DNA of 64,000 nucleotides from an uncultured Acidobacteriaceae bacterium (GCA_963771535.1 CAVYTK010000004.1:322950-386949), one strand, 5' to 3'. Numbered from the stretch's first letter, positions 21,750 through 31,641 are shown. Notes: generated from the sequence alone by a model not told the origin. Translations and numbers: made by a program.

Positions 21750-21900
21750 CTGTGGTGCTGCGAAGGAGAGCAGATCCCTCGCTGCGCTCGTGATGACAAG
21801 CCAAGAGGGCGCGGGATGGCAAAACGGGAAGGCTGGTGATGGCAAAACGAGAAGGCTGGTGATGACAAGGCGGCAAGGCTGGTGATGATAAATGGAGGCC
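21750..21900. repeat. Core repeat plus 23-bp minisatellite (GGCTGGTGATGGCAAAACGAGAA x about 4)
   Basis: 21750-21799 (ctgtggtgctgcgaaggagagcagatccctcgctgcgctcgtgatgacaa) matches 22222-22271 at 49 of 50 positions in the same orientation. Confidence 0.8.
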
Positions 21901-21957
21901 GGCCCAGGGCAACATCGGTTGCGAAACCGTGCATGTATGTCGTGATAGCGGCCGATG

Positions 21958-22191
21958 TTACTGGTTCTTGGGATGGACGCGGGCGTAGCGTTCCATGCGG
22001 CCTGTCCATTTGAGGAAGCGCAACAGTTCGCCGCGCTCGTGCCAGAGGAATCCGCAGAACTCGGGGAAGCCGATGCTCTGCATCTTCACTCCGCTATAGG
22101 TCTCGATACGCCAGCGCAGGTAGGGACTGCGCCAGGGCGCGAGATGATGGCCGCGGGTGGCGTTCCACAGGAACCGGAGGACGTTGCGCAT
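21958..22191 (-). CDS. Small conserved-looking hypothetical protein (77 aa)
   Basis: Internal ATG 22191: MRNVLRFLWNATRGHHLAPWRSPYLRWRIETYSGVKMQSIGFPEFCGFLWHERGELLRFLKWTGRMERYARVHPKNQ*. The upstream part of the listed ORF lies in the repeat element. Confidence 0.5.
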   Translation of the reverse strand: MRNVLRFLWNATRGHHLAPWRSPYLRWRIETYSGVKMQSIGFPEFCGFLWHERGELLRFLKWTGRMERYARVHPKNQ

Positions 22192-22221
22192 GAATAGGCA
22201 GTATAGCGGGCATGCGGAGAG

Positions 22222-22335
22222 CTGTGGTGCTGCGAAGGAGAGCAGATCCCTCGCTGCGCTCTTGATGACAAACATAAAATGCGAAAAACAAATCCCCACC
22301 CCGCCAAAAGAAGGCGGAATGGGGCACCCGGAGAT
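22222..22335 (-). repeat. Composite roughly 100-bp element (wobble hairpin, TTTGTCATCA spacer, GAGGGATCTGCTCT core), minus orientation
   Basis: The minus strand reads gggtgccccattccgccttcttttggcggggtggggatttgtttttcgcattttatgtttgtcatcaagagcgcagcgagggatctgctctccttcgcagcaccacag. The module order matches 3267-3364 (+) and 22936-23030 (-). Confidence 0.85.
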
Positions 22336-22432
22336 CATTACACCGCGGCGGAATGGGGCACCCGGAGATCGTCGGCTCGCGGTGCAATGGAGCGTTCAAC
22401 GCATGCGCCAAGTCGCATGCTAACCTTCGAGG

Positions 22433-22797
22433 ATGAGCGACGAGCAGGCGCGCAGGGCGGCTGAAGATCACTATTACAGCGCGCTCGATCACTATGCGGA
22501 AGGGCGTCAGCGCGAGGCGATCGCCGAGTACGAAGCTGCGATCGCCGAAGATGCTCGTTCCTCGATGCCATGCATGGGCTGGCGCGCGTGCTTCAGGATA
22601 CGGAGCAGTACGACCGCGCTATTGGCGTTGCAAGCCGTATTACTGAACTTGATCCCGACGATGTGTTGGCGCATACCAGCCTGTCGATCCTGTATCAACG
22701 GAAGGGCATGGTTCCCGAGGCGGAGGCCGAGGCCGCGAAGGCGCGCGTGCTGGGGTGGAAGCAGCAGTTGAAGGGGAAGCCGTTGGATAGCAACTAG
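22433..22797 (+). CDS. Small TPR-repeat protein, apparently frameshifted
   Basis: ORF 22433..22771 (MSDEQARRAAEDHYYSALDHYAEGRQREAIAEYEAAIAEDAR) joins ORF 22570..22797 (...FLDAMHGLARVLQDTEQYDRAIGVASRITELDPDDVLAHTSLSILYQRKG...). The frames join if the TT at 22558-22559 is read as TTT. Confidence 0.6.
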
Positions 22798-23045
22798 CAG
22801 CTAGCAACTAGCAATAGCGACTAGCAATTAGCGCAGACGCATTTCCTCTGGCTTTTTCGTTGTCATCCCGAGCGCAGCGGTAGCCGAGGGACCTGCAGTT
22901 TGTTCGCATCAGCGACATTCTCGCCTGCTGCAAGCGAGAGCAGATCCCTCGCTGCGCTCGTGATGACAAACCATGATGACAAACCAAATCCCCACCCCGC
23001 CAAAGGAAGGCGGAATGGGGCAGCCGGAGATCATCACCCCGCCGC
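22798..23045. repeat. Heptamer array, GAGGGACCTGCAG-type core, and a composite element in minus orientation
   Basis: TAGCAAC/TAGCAAT units run through 22793-22840, and the first supplies the TPR gene stop (AGC AAC TAG). gttgtcatcccgagcgcagcggtagccgagggacctgcagtt lies at 22858-22900. The composite element lies at 22936-23030. Confidence 0.85.
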
Positions 23046-23234
23046 GGAATAGGGCGCGGCGGGGCTATGCCGTGCGGAGCTGTGTTCCTTCCTCTCGAAT
23101 GCTGTCCATTTTCGGACGTCTTCGCCCGGCCTCGAACAGCGATGCGAACTTGAGTGCGCGTAAGTCAAAGCTCTGAATGCTCTTACGGTGGCCGCCAGAC
23201 TGCTCATAAAAGATGGATTATCGGGGGAGAAACT

Positions 23235-25724
23235 ATGGCGCGCCTCTTACAAGATCTTCGTTATGCGACACGGCAGCTGCGCAAGTCGCCGGCCTTCACC
23301 GTCGCCGCGGTGGTGACGCTCGGCCTGGGCATCGGGGCAAACACCGCGATGTTCAGCGTGATGAATGCAGTGCTGCTGCGCTCGCTTCCGGTTCCGCAGC
23401 CTGATCGCGTTTACTACCTGCGAGTCCCGACCGATCAGCCGGATGGCGCCGAGAACACCGGCAACGGAGACACATCGTTTTCCTATCCCGTGTTCCAGGC
23501 GTTGCGGCAGCAGCGCGATGTCTTCTCCGACGTAGTCGCATCGGCGCCGTTGGCCATCGGCAAGACCAGTATTCGCTTCGGCCAGGAACCGGAACTGGCC
23601 GACGGCGAACTCGTCAGCGGAAATTTCTTCTCCGGGCTCGGGGTGAAGATGGCGCGAGGGCGCGGGTTCAGCGAGCAGGACGAGACCGCGCAGTCGCCGG
23701 TGGCGGTGCTCAGCTATCAGTTCTGGACGCGACGCTTCAATCGCGATCCCGGCGTGCTTGGCAAAACGCTGTACGTGAACGGAGTGCCGCAAACCATCAT
23801 CGGAGTTGCGGCCGAGGACTTCAGCGGGTTGAAGCGCGGCCAGGGGGACACCGATTTTTGGATTCCGATGCAGGACAACGTTGCGCTGAATGCCTGGGGA
23901 CAGGCGGGGCGCGATGGCAAAACATATTTCGGGTTGCCGAAGTGGTGGTGCCTGCTGCTGACGGCGCGGCTTGCGCCTGGCGTCACGCCCGCGCAAGCCC
24001 TGGCGCGAGTGCAGCCGATATTCCAAGCGACGGCATATGCTCCGGTGGGACCTCCCAAGCCGGGCACGAAGCAGGTTTATCTCACGATGACGCAGGCGAA
24101 AGGCCTGGACGACTATGTCAGCGATTACTCGCGTCCCTTGTCGTTGCTGATGGCGCTGGTTGCGCTGGTACTGCTGATTGCGTGCGCCAACGTTGCGTTG
24201 CTGCTGGTAGCGCGCAACCAGGCACGGCAGCGGGAGTTCAGTTTGCGGCTCGCAATCGGAGCCGGCCGGGGCGACCTCTTCCGCCAGCTGCTGATGGAGA
24301 GCCTGCTGCTGGTGCTCGCCGGCGGGGTGGTGGCGTGGCTGTTTGCTGAGCCGGCGACCAGCGCGTTAGCCGCTTGGTCGCATCTGGAAACCAGCTTGCG
24401 TCCCGACACCACGGTGTTGCTGTTCACGCTGGCGGTGCTGATCGCGGCCGCGTTGGCGTTCGGCCTGGCGCCGCTCTACGACGCGTTGTCGGTTCCGGCA
24501 GGGCTGGCGTTGAAAAGTTCTACGCGCACCGGGGCGCAAGACAAGCGTAAGTCGCGCTTCGGCCGCCTGGTGGTGGCATTGCAAATCGCGTTGTGCGTGG
24601 TGTTGCTGGTGGCGGCGGGACTGCTGCTGCGCACCCTGCGCAACCTCGAGCACGTGCCGCTGGGCATGCGTACGCAAGGGCTGCTGGTGTTTGGCGTCGA
24701 TGCTCCCGGTAGCCTGGGCAACGACCAGAAGAACGAGTTCTATCAGCGGCTGCTGGAGCGAATGCGCGTGCTGCCGGCGGTGGAGTCCGCAACGCTGGTT
24801 GAGAATCGGCCGGGAACGGGTTGGAGCAGCAACAACGAGGCGTACGTCGATGGCGCGGTCCCGCAAAGTGGGGGCTCGAAGTTTGCTCCGCTGCGCTCGA
24901 ATAACGTTGGCCCTGATTTCTTCCACGTGATGGGGATTCCCGTGTTGCAGGGGCGCGGCGTTGAGGAGAGCGATACTGCGAAGTCTCCCCGGATCGCGGT
25001 GGTGAATGAGACGTTCGCCCGGCGCTACCTTCCCAATCAGTCGCCTCTGGGGCACCAGGTTGGGCCGAAGGGGTCGGAACGGACCATCGTCGGCGTGGTG
25101 GGCAACAGCAAATACACCGGGGTGGATGAAAAAGATGTGCCCATGATGTGGATCCCGTATACCCAGACGGGCGCGCTCGGGGTCGGCGAAATGCATGTGG
25201 AGATGCACGTGAACGGCGATCCCATGTCGGCGCTGCCGAATGCCGAGCGCGCGGTGCACGAGATCGACCCGAACCTTCCGTTGCGCGATCCGATGACGCA
25301 GCAGGAGCAGTTCGATCAATCCATCAGCAGCAGACGGCTGTTTTCACGGCTGGCTGTGTTCTTCGGTTTGCTGGCTGGACTGCTGGTGGCCATCGGACTC
25401 TACGGCACGCTGGCCTACCGGGTGAGTAATCGCACGGTTGAGATTGGAGTGCGGCTGGCGGTGGGAGCGCAGCGCGGGGAAGTGCTGCTGATGGTGCTGC
25501 GCGAGAGCCTTATCCTGGCGGGGGTTGGAATAGCCATTGGATTACCGCTCGCACTGCTGGCTTCGCGTCTTTTGCACGCCATGCTGTTTGGCGTTGGCCC
25601 TGACGACTGGCTGACCTTTGCCGGCGCGTTGCTGGCGGTCGTAATGGTAGCGGTTGCGGCGGCCTTCATTCCGGCACGCCGCGCCGCCGGCACGGACCCG
25701 ATGCAGGCGCTGAGGGCGGAGTAG
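23235..25724 (+). CDS. ADOP-family (acidobacterial duplicated orphan permease) MacB/FtsX-like ABC permease
   Basis: Start moved to ATG 23235 (RBS GGGGGAGA). The N-terminus MARLLQDLRYATRQLRKSPAFTVAAVVTLGLGIGANTAMFS is characteristic. There are two MacB-type periplasmic domains and two FtsX 4-TM modules (LRLAIGAGRGDLFRQLLMESL and RLAVGAQRGEVLLMVLRESL). It ends MQALRAE. Confidence 0.9.
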   Translation: MARLLQDLRYATRQLRKSPAFTVAAVVTLGLGIGANTAMFSVMNAVLLRSLPVPQPDRVYYLRVPTDQPDGAENTGNGDTSFSYPVFQALRQQRDVFSDVVASAPLAIGKTSIRFGQEPELADGELVSGNFFSGLGVKMARGRGFSEQDETAQSPVAVLSYQFWTRRFNRDPGVLGKTLYVNGVPQTIIGVAAEDFSGLKRGQGDTDFWIPMQDNVALNAWGQAGRDGKTYFGLPKWWCLLLTARLAPGVTPAQALARVQPIFQATAYAPVGPPKPGTKQVYLTMTQAKGLDDYVSDYSRPLSLLMALVALVLLIACANVALLLVARNQARQREFSLRLAIGAGRGDLFRQLLMESLLLVLAGGVVAWLFAEPATSALAAWSHLETSLRPDTTVLLFTLAVLIAAALAFGLAPLYDALSVPAGLALKSSTRTGAQDKRKSRFGRLVVALQIALCVVLLVAAGLLLRTLRNLEHVPLGMRTQGLLVFGVDAPGSLGNDQKNEFYQRLLERMRVLPAVESATLVENRPGTGWSSNNEAYVDGAVPQSGGSKFAPLRSNNVGPDFFHVMGIPVLQGRGVEESDTAKSPRIAVVNETFARRYLPNQSPLGHQVGPKGSERTIVGVVGNSKYTGVDEKDVPMMWIPYTQTGALGVGEMHVEMHVNGDPMSALPNAERAVHEIDPNLPLRDPMTQQEQFDQSISSRRLFSRLAVFFGLLAGLLVAIGLYGTLAYRVSNRTVEIGVRLAVGAQRGEVLLMVLRESLILAGVGIAIGLPLALLASRLLHAMLFGVGPDDWLTFAGALLAVVMVAVAAAFIPARRAAGTDPMQALRAE

Positions 25725-25725
25725 G

Positions 25726-25843
25726 GGTTGCTCACGCATCGGGTGCCCCATTCGGGCCGGGTTTGCCAGGGTGGGGATTTTTGTTCCCACCACCAATCAA
25801 ATACCCCACCCCGCCAAAGGCAGGCGGAATGGGGCACCCGAAA
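25726..25843. repeat. Repeat block (GGGCCGGGTTTGCC hairpin plus wobble hairpin)
   Basis: cgggtgccccattcgggccgggtttgccagggtgggg lies at 25738-25775. ccccaccccgcc-aaaggca-ggcggaatgggg lies at 25804-25834. Confidence 0.8.
25795..25836 (-). terminator. Putative intrinsic terminator (wobble hairpin) for the M28 peptidase gene
   Basis: On the minus strand CCCCATTCCGCC-N7-GGCGGGGTGGGG is followed by TATTTGATTGG. It begins 10 nt after the TGA at 25846-25844. Confidence 0.5.
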
Positions 25844-28133
25844 TCATTTTCTCGCGCCCGCCAGCTGGTCCAGCTCCGTTGCCATCTGCTCGACGAAGGC
25901 GGCTTCATCGTTCACCGCTTTCGCAACTCTGGGAACTTCCGAATCGGCCAGCTTATAGTCCTTCAGCTCGATGCTCTCGCGAATACCCGACATGGTCTTA
26001 GGACCGTAGCCGCTATACAGTCCGGGAGCGTAGAGCATGTGCTTGTAGTACGGACGCGTGGGCAGGCCGTCGGGATTGAGCAGTTGCTGTTCGGCCTTGA
26101 GCAGGCGGTCGTTGAGCGCCGTCAGCTTCGCTGCATCAGGCGATGCCTCCAGCGCCGCACTCAGCGCCTTGTTGTAGTGCTCGCCTGATTTCGCCAACGC
26201 GTCGGCAGCGTTTTGCAGCGGAGCGAAATTGATGAACGGCGGCACCTCCTCGATCTTGGGAGCGACCTCGGGACGGCGGGGATCGTTGATGGCGCGATAT
26301 ACGCCATCTTCGAGCTGCCGGTTCTGCTCCTTCACCTGCTCTTGTTTCTGTTTGAGCAGCTCCTGCACTTCTTTCAGATATTGATTCACCGCGTCGGACA
26401 GGCTGCTGAAGCGATAGGGAAGCACCTCGGCATCGGCCAGGCGCATGACCGTCATGCCGATGGTTTGCGCCAGAGCTTTGCCGTAGACAAAGTCGGTGTC
26501 GGAGAAGTGGGTGTACCAGTAGAAGTCGTCGTAGATGGAGTGATAGATGCCTTCGGGATCTTCACCGCCGTAGCCGAGGTTGAGCGACGGCACTCCGAGA
26601 TGATGTTGGAAGACGGTGTAGTCGGTGCCGGAGCCGAGGGGAAACAGCTTCCAGTCGCTGCGGTTGCGAATGGCGGTGCGCGCTTCGGCGTCTTTCGCCT
26701 CGTGAATGCGGTAGTCCTGCGCACGCTTCCAGACGGAGATGCCCGCCTCGGGATCCTGCACGTCGCGAGCGACGCCGTTAACCAGCGCTTCAAGCGAGTG
26801 AGCGCCCTCGGCTTCGAGGAATCCGCGGCCGTTGCCATCGGTGTTGATGTAGGCGACGGCGTGTTGCTGCAACTCGGTTGCATGTGTCTCGGCCCATTCG
26901 GTTGAGCCGAGCAGCATGGGCTCTTCGCCGTCCCACGAGCAATAGATGATGGTGCGCTTCGGGCTGCCATCCCTGCTTGTGCAGCTCGCCTAACGCGCGC
27001 CCTTCTTCCAGCAACGAGATCTGGCCGGAGACGGGATCTTCCGCTCCATTGACCCAGGCGTCGTGGTGATTGCCGCGCACCACCCACTCCTCGCCCTCGC
27101 TGCTACCGGCCATGCGCGAGATCACGTCGTAGACCGGACGCAATCTTCCAATCGAAGGTGACGGCGAGGTGTACCTTGGCCGCGCCGGGACCAACGTGAT
27201 AGGTGATGGGCAGCGCTCCACGCCAGGATTCGGGAGCGACTGGCCCGGTCAGCGCGGCCAGCAGCGGCTGAGCGTCGCCGTAGGAAATCGGTAGCGTAGG
27301 AATGCGCGCAAGGTTCTTCGCGTCTTTGATGTCGAGCCGCTTGGCATCTTTGGTGGCGCCGATGCCGGGCGTCAGCGGATCGCCGGGATAAGCGTGGGGG
27401 AAGTCCATCACGCTGCCGCGCTGCACGCCTTCGTGTCGGACGCATCGGTCCTGCGGGAAATGTCGTCTCGGGACCGTAGCCATCGTCTTGCGGCTCGGAA
27501 TAAATGAGGCAGCCGATGGCACCGTGCTCCCAGGCAACGCTGCGGCTTCACTCCGCGCCAGGAGTGGCCATACTTGGCGATGACGATTGCGCCCTTCACC
27601 GAAACTCCCAGCCGCTCGAGCTCTTCGTAGTCGGCGGGCACGCCATAGTTGACGAACACCAGTGGTGCGGTGACATCGCCGTCGGGCGAGTAGGCGTTGT
27701 AGGTGGGCAGCTGTTCGTTCTTCTGATTGCTGGTGGGATCAACCGCGACCGCTGGCTCTTCCAGCTTGGCGGTGAAGTGAGTCGGCGCGGTCATCTCCAG
27801 CAGCCGCGATTTCGGAGTAGGGAAGAGCACGTCGAACTGCTCGATCTTGGCGTCCCAGCCCCACGACTTCATCTGGGCTAGGATCCACTCGGCGTTGTCT
27901 TTGTCGTAGGGCGAGCCCACGTGATGAGGGCGCGCGCTGAGCCGCTGCATGTAGTCGCGCAGCAATTTCGGATCGGGGATGCTCTTGAACTTGTCTTCCC
28001 ACTGACGCTCTTGCGCGCTGGATTGCGCAGTGAAGCCAAGCAAGGGTTCGTTGCTCGCGGGCTGCGGAGATTGAGTCTGCGACGGGGAATAGACGGATCC
28101 GAACATTAAGACGACGGCGAGCAGACGACGCAC
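25844..28133 (-). pseudogene. PA-domain / M28 peptidase with transferrin-receptor-like dimerisation domain (glutamate carboxypeptidase II-like), broken by about 4 frameshifts
   Basis: Track ORFs 27408..28133, 27103..27537, 26790..27221 and 25844..26917, plus one unlisted stretch, concatenate. The joined sequence reads signal MRRLLAVVLMFGS...AKYGHSWRGVKPQ | VAWEHGAIGCLIYSEPQDDGYGPETTFPAGPMRP | GVQRGSVMDFPHAYPGDPLTPG...FDWK | RPVYDVISRMAGSSEGEEWVVRGNHHDAWVNGAEDPVSG...GWQP | KRTIIYCSWDGEEPMLLGSTEWAE... The gene has a GTG start with an AGGAGG RBS. Confidence 0.8.
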
Positions 28134-30221
28134 GGAAAGCCTCCTGTGGGCGAAAGGAGGTAGCTTACAGGAATGGGCTGCTTACGTCGATGAGTCAGTC
28201 TTGCTGCGTGCGAGACGTGAATCGTGACGGTCTTCGCTACTGGTGTAACGCAACCGCAGCTAGACCGGGACCATGAGGCAAGCCTTCTTGAACGAAGCAA
28301 AAAACCGCCAGGCTGTGATTGCAGCGCTGGCGGCATAAGGTTTGCGTCGTGCGACAGCTTACCGGTTACGGCTGTTTCGTTGGAGATGGTGGCCGTGGTC
28401 CCATCAAATTTGGTTATCTTGATGCGGAACGGCTCGTTGTAACCATCGGCGCGATCCTGCAGGATGCTGAGGCCTACCTGCTCACCCAGTATCAGCGACC
28501 AGTAGCTGGAGCTACGGAAGTGGATGCCAGCGTGAACTCCGTGGCCGGTAGTGATGTTCCACCCCAGCTTGGCCAGTTCTCCGTTGATGGTCAGACTGTC
28601 GCGGTCGGCGCCGGTATAGGGCACCAGCGTCAGTCCGTCTGAGCTGGGCACCATGATGTCGGAGCCCGCCCGTTGCAACAGCGGCCGAAGCGGCTGGCTG
28701 CCATCGAAGAAGAACTTCAATGCGGCGATGCAAGCTCCACCTACCGTGCCGTGTCCCGTGGGATAGCAGGGATGGGTGGGAGAAGCCTCGGGGAAGGCCT
28801 GCGGCAACAGGTAGCTGCCATATTTGGAGAAAATCAGCGAAGTCGCTGCCGAGTTAAATACGTCCTGGTGCAGCGCTCCGGCAGCTTGAGGAGCAGGATG
28901 GGTGTGAGTGATATTGGCCTGTACCAATGCGCCGTATTCTTCGGGACGCATGCGCAGGTTCACGATCCACTTGTGGAACCATGCGGCTTTCAGGGCACGC
29001 GTGGCCATCTCCGGGATAGTTGCGAAACCGTCGACCATGCCGAATTGGCTGCCGAAAGTAACGAAGCCGTGTTCGGTCTGGGAGATGCCAGTCGGGCCGT
29101 ACGGATTGGTGGGATTCATCGGCGCGTGAATGCCGCAAAGCACCAGGAGGGCGACGAAGTACGCCTGGTGCAGCGCATCAACATGGGTGTAAGCCGACAT
29201 GTCGCGACCCATGCGGGCAAAGCGGAAGACGTTGTCGAATGCCAGTGTCTTGACCGGGACCTGGCCGTTCTGCACTGCCTGGTACTCGGGGACGGTGGTC
29301 ATGTAGTCAGCACCGCCGTCCCCGACGGAGCGGAATCGCTGGTACTGCTGGGTCAACGGCTGTACGCCCATGAAGGTGGGCTGTACCAGGAACTGAGACA
29401 GGTAGGGTCCCTGGACGTTGCCATCGCCGGGAACGAACTGTCCACGAAAAAGGTTTTGCGGAGTCACGGGATAGGGAAACAGGCTTCCGTGACTTCTGAC
29501 GTAGGTAAGTTTGTTAAGGTCGGCGGCCGCCTGGGCAGCCAGCGAGCTGTTGGCGTAGTCGACGAATTGCACGTCGCGCATCATGGCTGCCCAGTAATGC
29601 TCGATAAACTCGTCAGCCGTCTGCGCACTGGCGGTGGTGGGCGCCGGCGGAATGTTGGTGGCGTGCGAGTCGAGGCCTTCGAGGTCGAAGGCAAAGGCGC
29701 CCTGGGGATTGTTCAGGGTGGAGGTGAATCCGGTGCCACCCGGGTTGCCGGTGATGATGTTCTCGAAGTCCTGGAAGTTACCGGTGGTGAGCGCGTACTG
29801 GAAGCTCTTGTAAGAGGCAGCATTGGGGACTCCCAATGCGTCATGCTTCAGGCACTTGCTCCAGAGTCCGCTGAAATCGGTGTAGCGCGAGTCGTCACCG
29901 TTATCGGGAAGTTTTCCGATATCGATGTTGTCGCCTTGCGCCGTGTCCTTGCGATAGCTCATAGCTGGCACCGGCGCGCGAGCTGGAACCGTAATTGATC
30001 ACAGAAGCCTCTGCCTGACCCCGTTTGCCTTCGAAGAGCGGTTCCAGGGGAATGCCGACCGCCAATGCCACGGCAGTTGCTCCGCCCATCTTACCAAGGA
30101 ACGAACGACGGCTAGGGACTGCCGACGCGGCTGGGGTATTGGGTTGAGTCTCGGGTTTAGGGTTTAGCTCATCGTCGTGCTCGACAATGGTAGTTGTTTG
30201 GCGATGCTCTTTTTGGTTCAC
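28106..30221 (-). CDS. Vanadium-haloperoxidase-like PAP2-superfamily protein with twin-arginine signal, frameshifted near the 5' end and with a suspect 3' end
   Basis: PAP2/VHPO motifs are PTHPCYPTGHGTVGGA and GHGVHAGIHFRSS. The N-terminal piece, in the frame of ORF 29901..30467, starts at GTG 30221 (RBS AGGGAG) and carries SRRSFLGKMGGATAVALAV. The frames join at about 29955-29985. The last roughly 85 codons are Arg/Ser/Cys-rich and read through a terminator hairpin. Confidence 0.7.
28299..28332 (-). terminator. Rho-independent terminator
   Basis: The minus strand reads CCGCCAG-N14-CTGGCGG followed by TTTTTTG. It lies inside the listed 3' extension of the haloperoxidase-like ORF and upstream of the M28 gene start. 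Confidence 0.55.
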
Positions 30222-30557
30222 GGACTTTGCTCCCTTTCTGTACAGTCGTTTGGTTTGAGATATGGGGAGTACCGCAGTGGAATTGAGGGCGACTCCGGCG
30301 ATAGTTTCGACTTTCGGACATTGAGTCCTCCACCGGAGAAGCCGGTGATGCCTGGCCGAATCAGCCGCGGGAGCTGGTTTTCGCAAGCGGGATTCGCCGG
30401 CAGTTTTTGGCTGCCGACGATTCACTTCATGGGAAGGAATACTGTGGCGAAAGGGCCACGAAGTCAAGCAGAATCTCCGCGTAATCGTATGAAACAGCGA
30501 TGGTTACCGGATGTGCTCTAAGGCGATTACTGGGTAAACTGGGTAACAGGAGAAGCT

Positions 30558-30884
30558 ATGGCAATCACGCAAGAAGAAGTATTGGCTGCACTTAAAGAAT
30601 GTTATGACCCGGAGATTCCGGTGAACCTCGTAGATATGGGGTTGATCTACGAAGTGCGGGTTAAGCCGGCAGAGCTTCCCAATGTGGGAAGCGAAGATGT
30701 GGAGGTGGAGATGACGCTGACCTCGCCGGGATGTCCTTCGAGCGGCCACATCAGCGACCAGGTGAAGCAACGCCTGCTGCGCATGCCGGGGGTGAACCAG
30801 GCGACGGTGGAGATCGTGTGGTATCCGCAATGGACGCCGGAGCGGCTCAGCCCCGAGGCGCGCAAACAGTTGGGCATCGACTGA
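30558..30884 (+). CDS. Metal-sulfur cluster assembly factor (DUF59 / SufT-MIP18 family)
   Basis: 108 aa: EEVLAALKECYDPEIPVNLVDMGLIYEV...MTLTSPGCPSSGHI, which is the canonical DUF59 Cys motif. RBS is AGGAGAAG. Confidence 0.85.
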   Translation: MAITQEEVLAALKECYDPEIPVNLVDMGLIYEVRVKPAELPNVGSEDVEVEMTLTSPGCPSSGHISDQVKQRLLRMPGVNQATVEIVWYPQWTPERLSPEARKQLGID

Positions 30885-30938
30885 CACCGGCGCGGCGGCT
30901 CGCATCCAAGTGAAGCGTCCGGAGCACCGTTCAGAACT

Positions 30939-31641
30939 ATGTCGAAAACTGCCAGGATCGTTCAGTTGGTTTTGTTGGTGGCGATTGTCTTCGCCGGAGT
31001 TCGCCTTTACTTCTACATGCGCGATCGGCACGATACCTTCGTCGCGCCGCAGCAGAAGCAGATCGCGCTCGATGCCGATGCGTATGTCATGCCGAAGAAG
31101 CTGCATCCGCAAGACCTGGCCGATGCGAAAGAGTTGACCAAGCAGCCGGCGTGGGTGCGCGCGGGATACCAGATCGTCTACTACCCGTTCATCAACGGGC
31201 ATACCGATTTCAAACAAGAGGCCGGACACCTGGGGCCGATCGAGAAGCTCGACATTAAGGATGTGGTGGTGGATCGTCCGGCGGGCGGCGAGAAGCAGGT
31301 GATGGCGGTGTTCGAGAAAGATGGCAAGCGCTACGCGTTCACCATTGGCAATGCCGAGGGCGGCGACTACAAGATTTATTCCGACGATGTTCTCTTCATC
31401 CAGGACCCGCACGAGCTGTACAAGCACTGGCCAGCGGAGGTGTGGCAGGCCATCGACAATCACCAGGTGAAGCCCGGTATGAATGAGTTGCAGGCTTCGT
31501 TCGCCGTGGGGGTGGGAGCGCCGGAGGGAACCGGGACGGAGAATCCGCGAGTGGTGAATTATCCGAACGACGGGCCATCCGCTGCGCGTGACCTTCGACA
31601 ACGGCAAGGCGACGGAGATTGTGCCGGGGGCTGCGTCGTAG
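30939..31641 (+). CDS. Membrane-anchored hypothetical protein, apparent frameshift near the 3' end
   Basis: N-terminal TM is IVQLVLLVAIVFAGVRLYFYM. After ...RVVNYPNDG the listed frame turns Arg/Gly/Cys-rich. The +1 frame gives HPLRVTFDNGKATEIVPGAAS* ending at TAG 31639-31641. The break is at about 31571-31577 (gggcc). Confidence 0.6.

Noticed and set aside
24366-25319. 317-aa minus-strand ORF inside the ADOP permease gene
   Set aside because: It is an antisense shadow ORF with Arg/His/Gln-rich nonsense composition. The plus-strand frame carries the FtsX and MacB motifs.
30504-31607. 367-aa minus-strand ORF spanning the DUF59 gene and the 30939 gene
   Set aside because: It overlaps two well-supported plus-strand genes and the intergenic region between them. 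Its Arg/His/Leu-rich composition is typical of a GC shadow frame.
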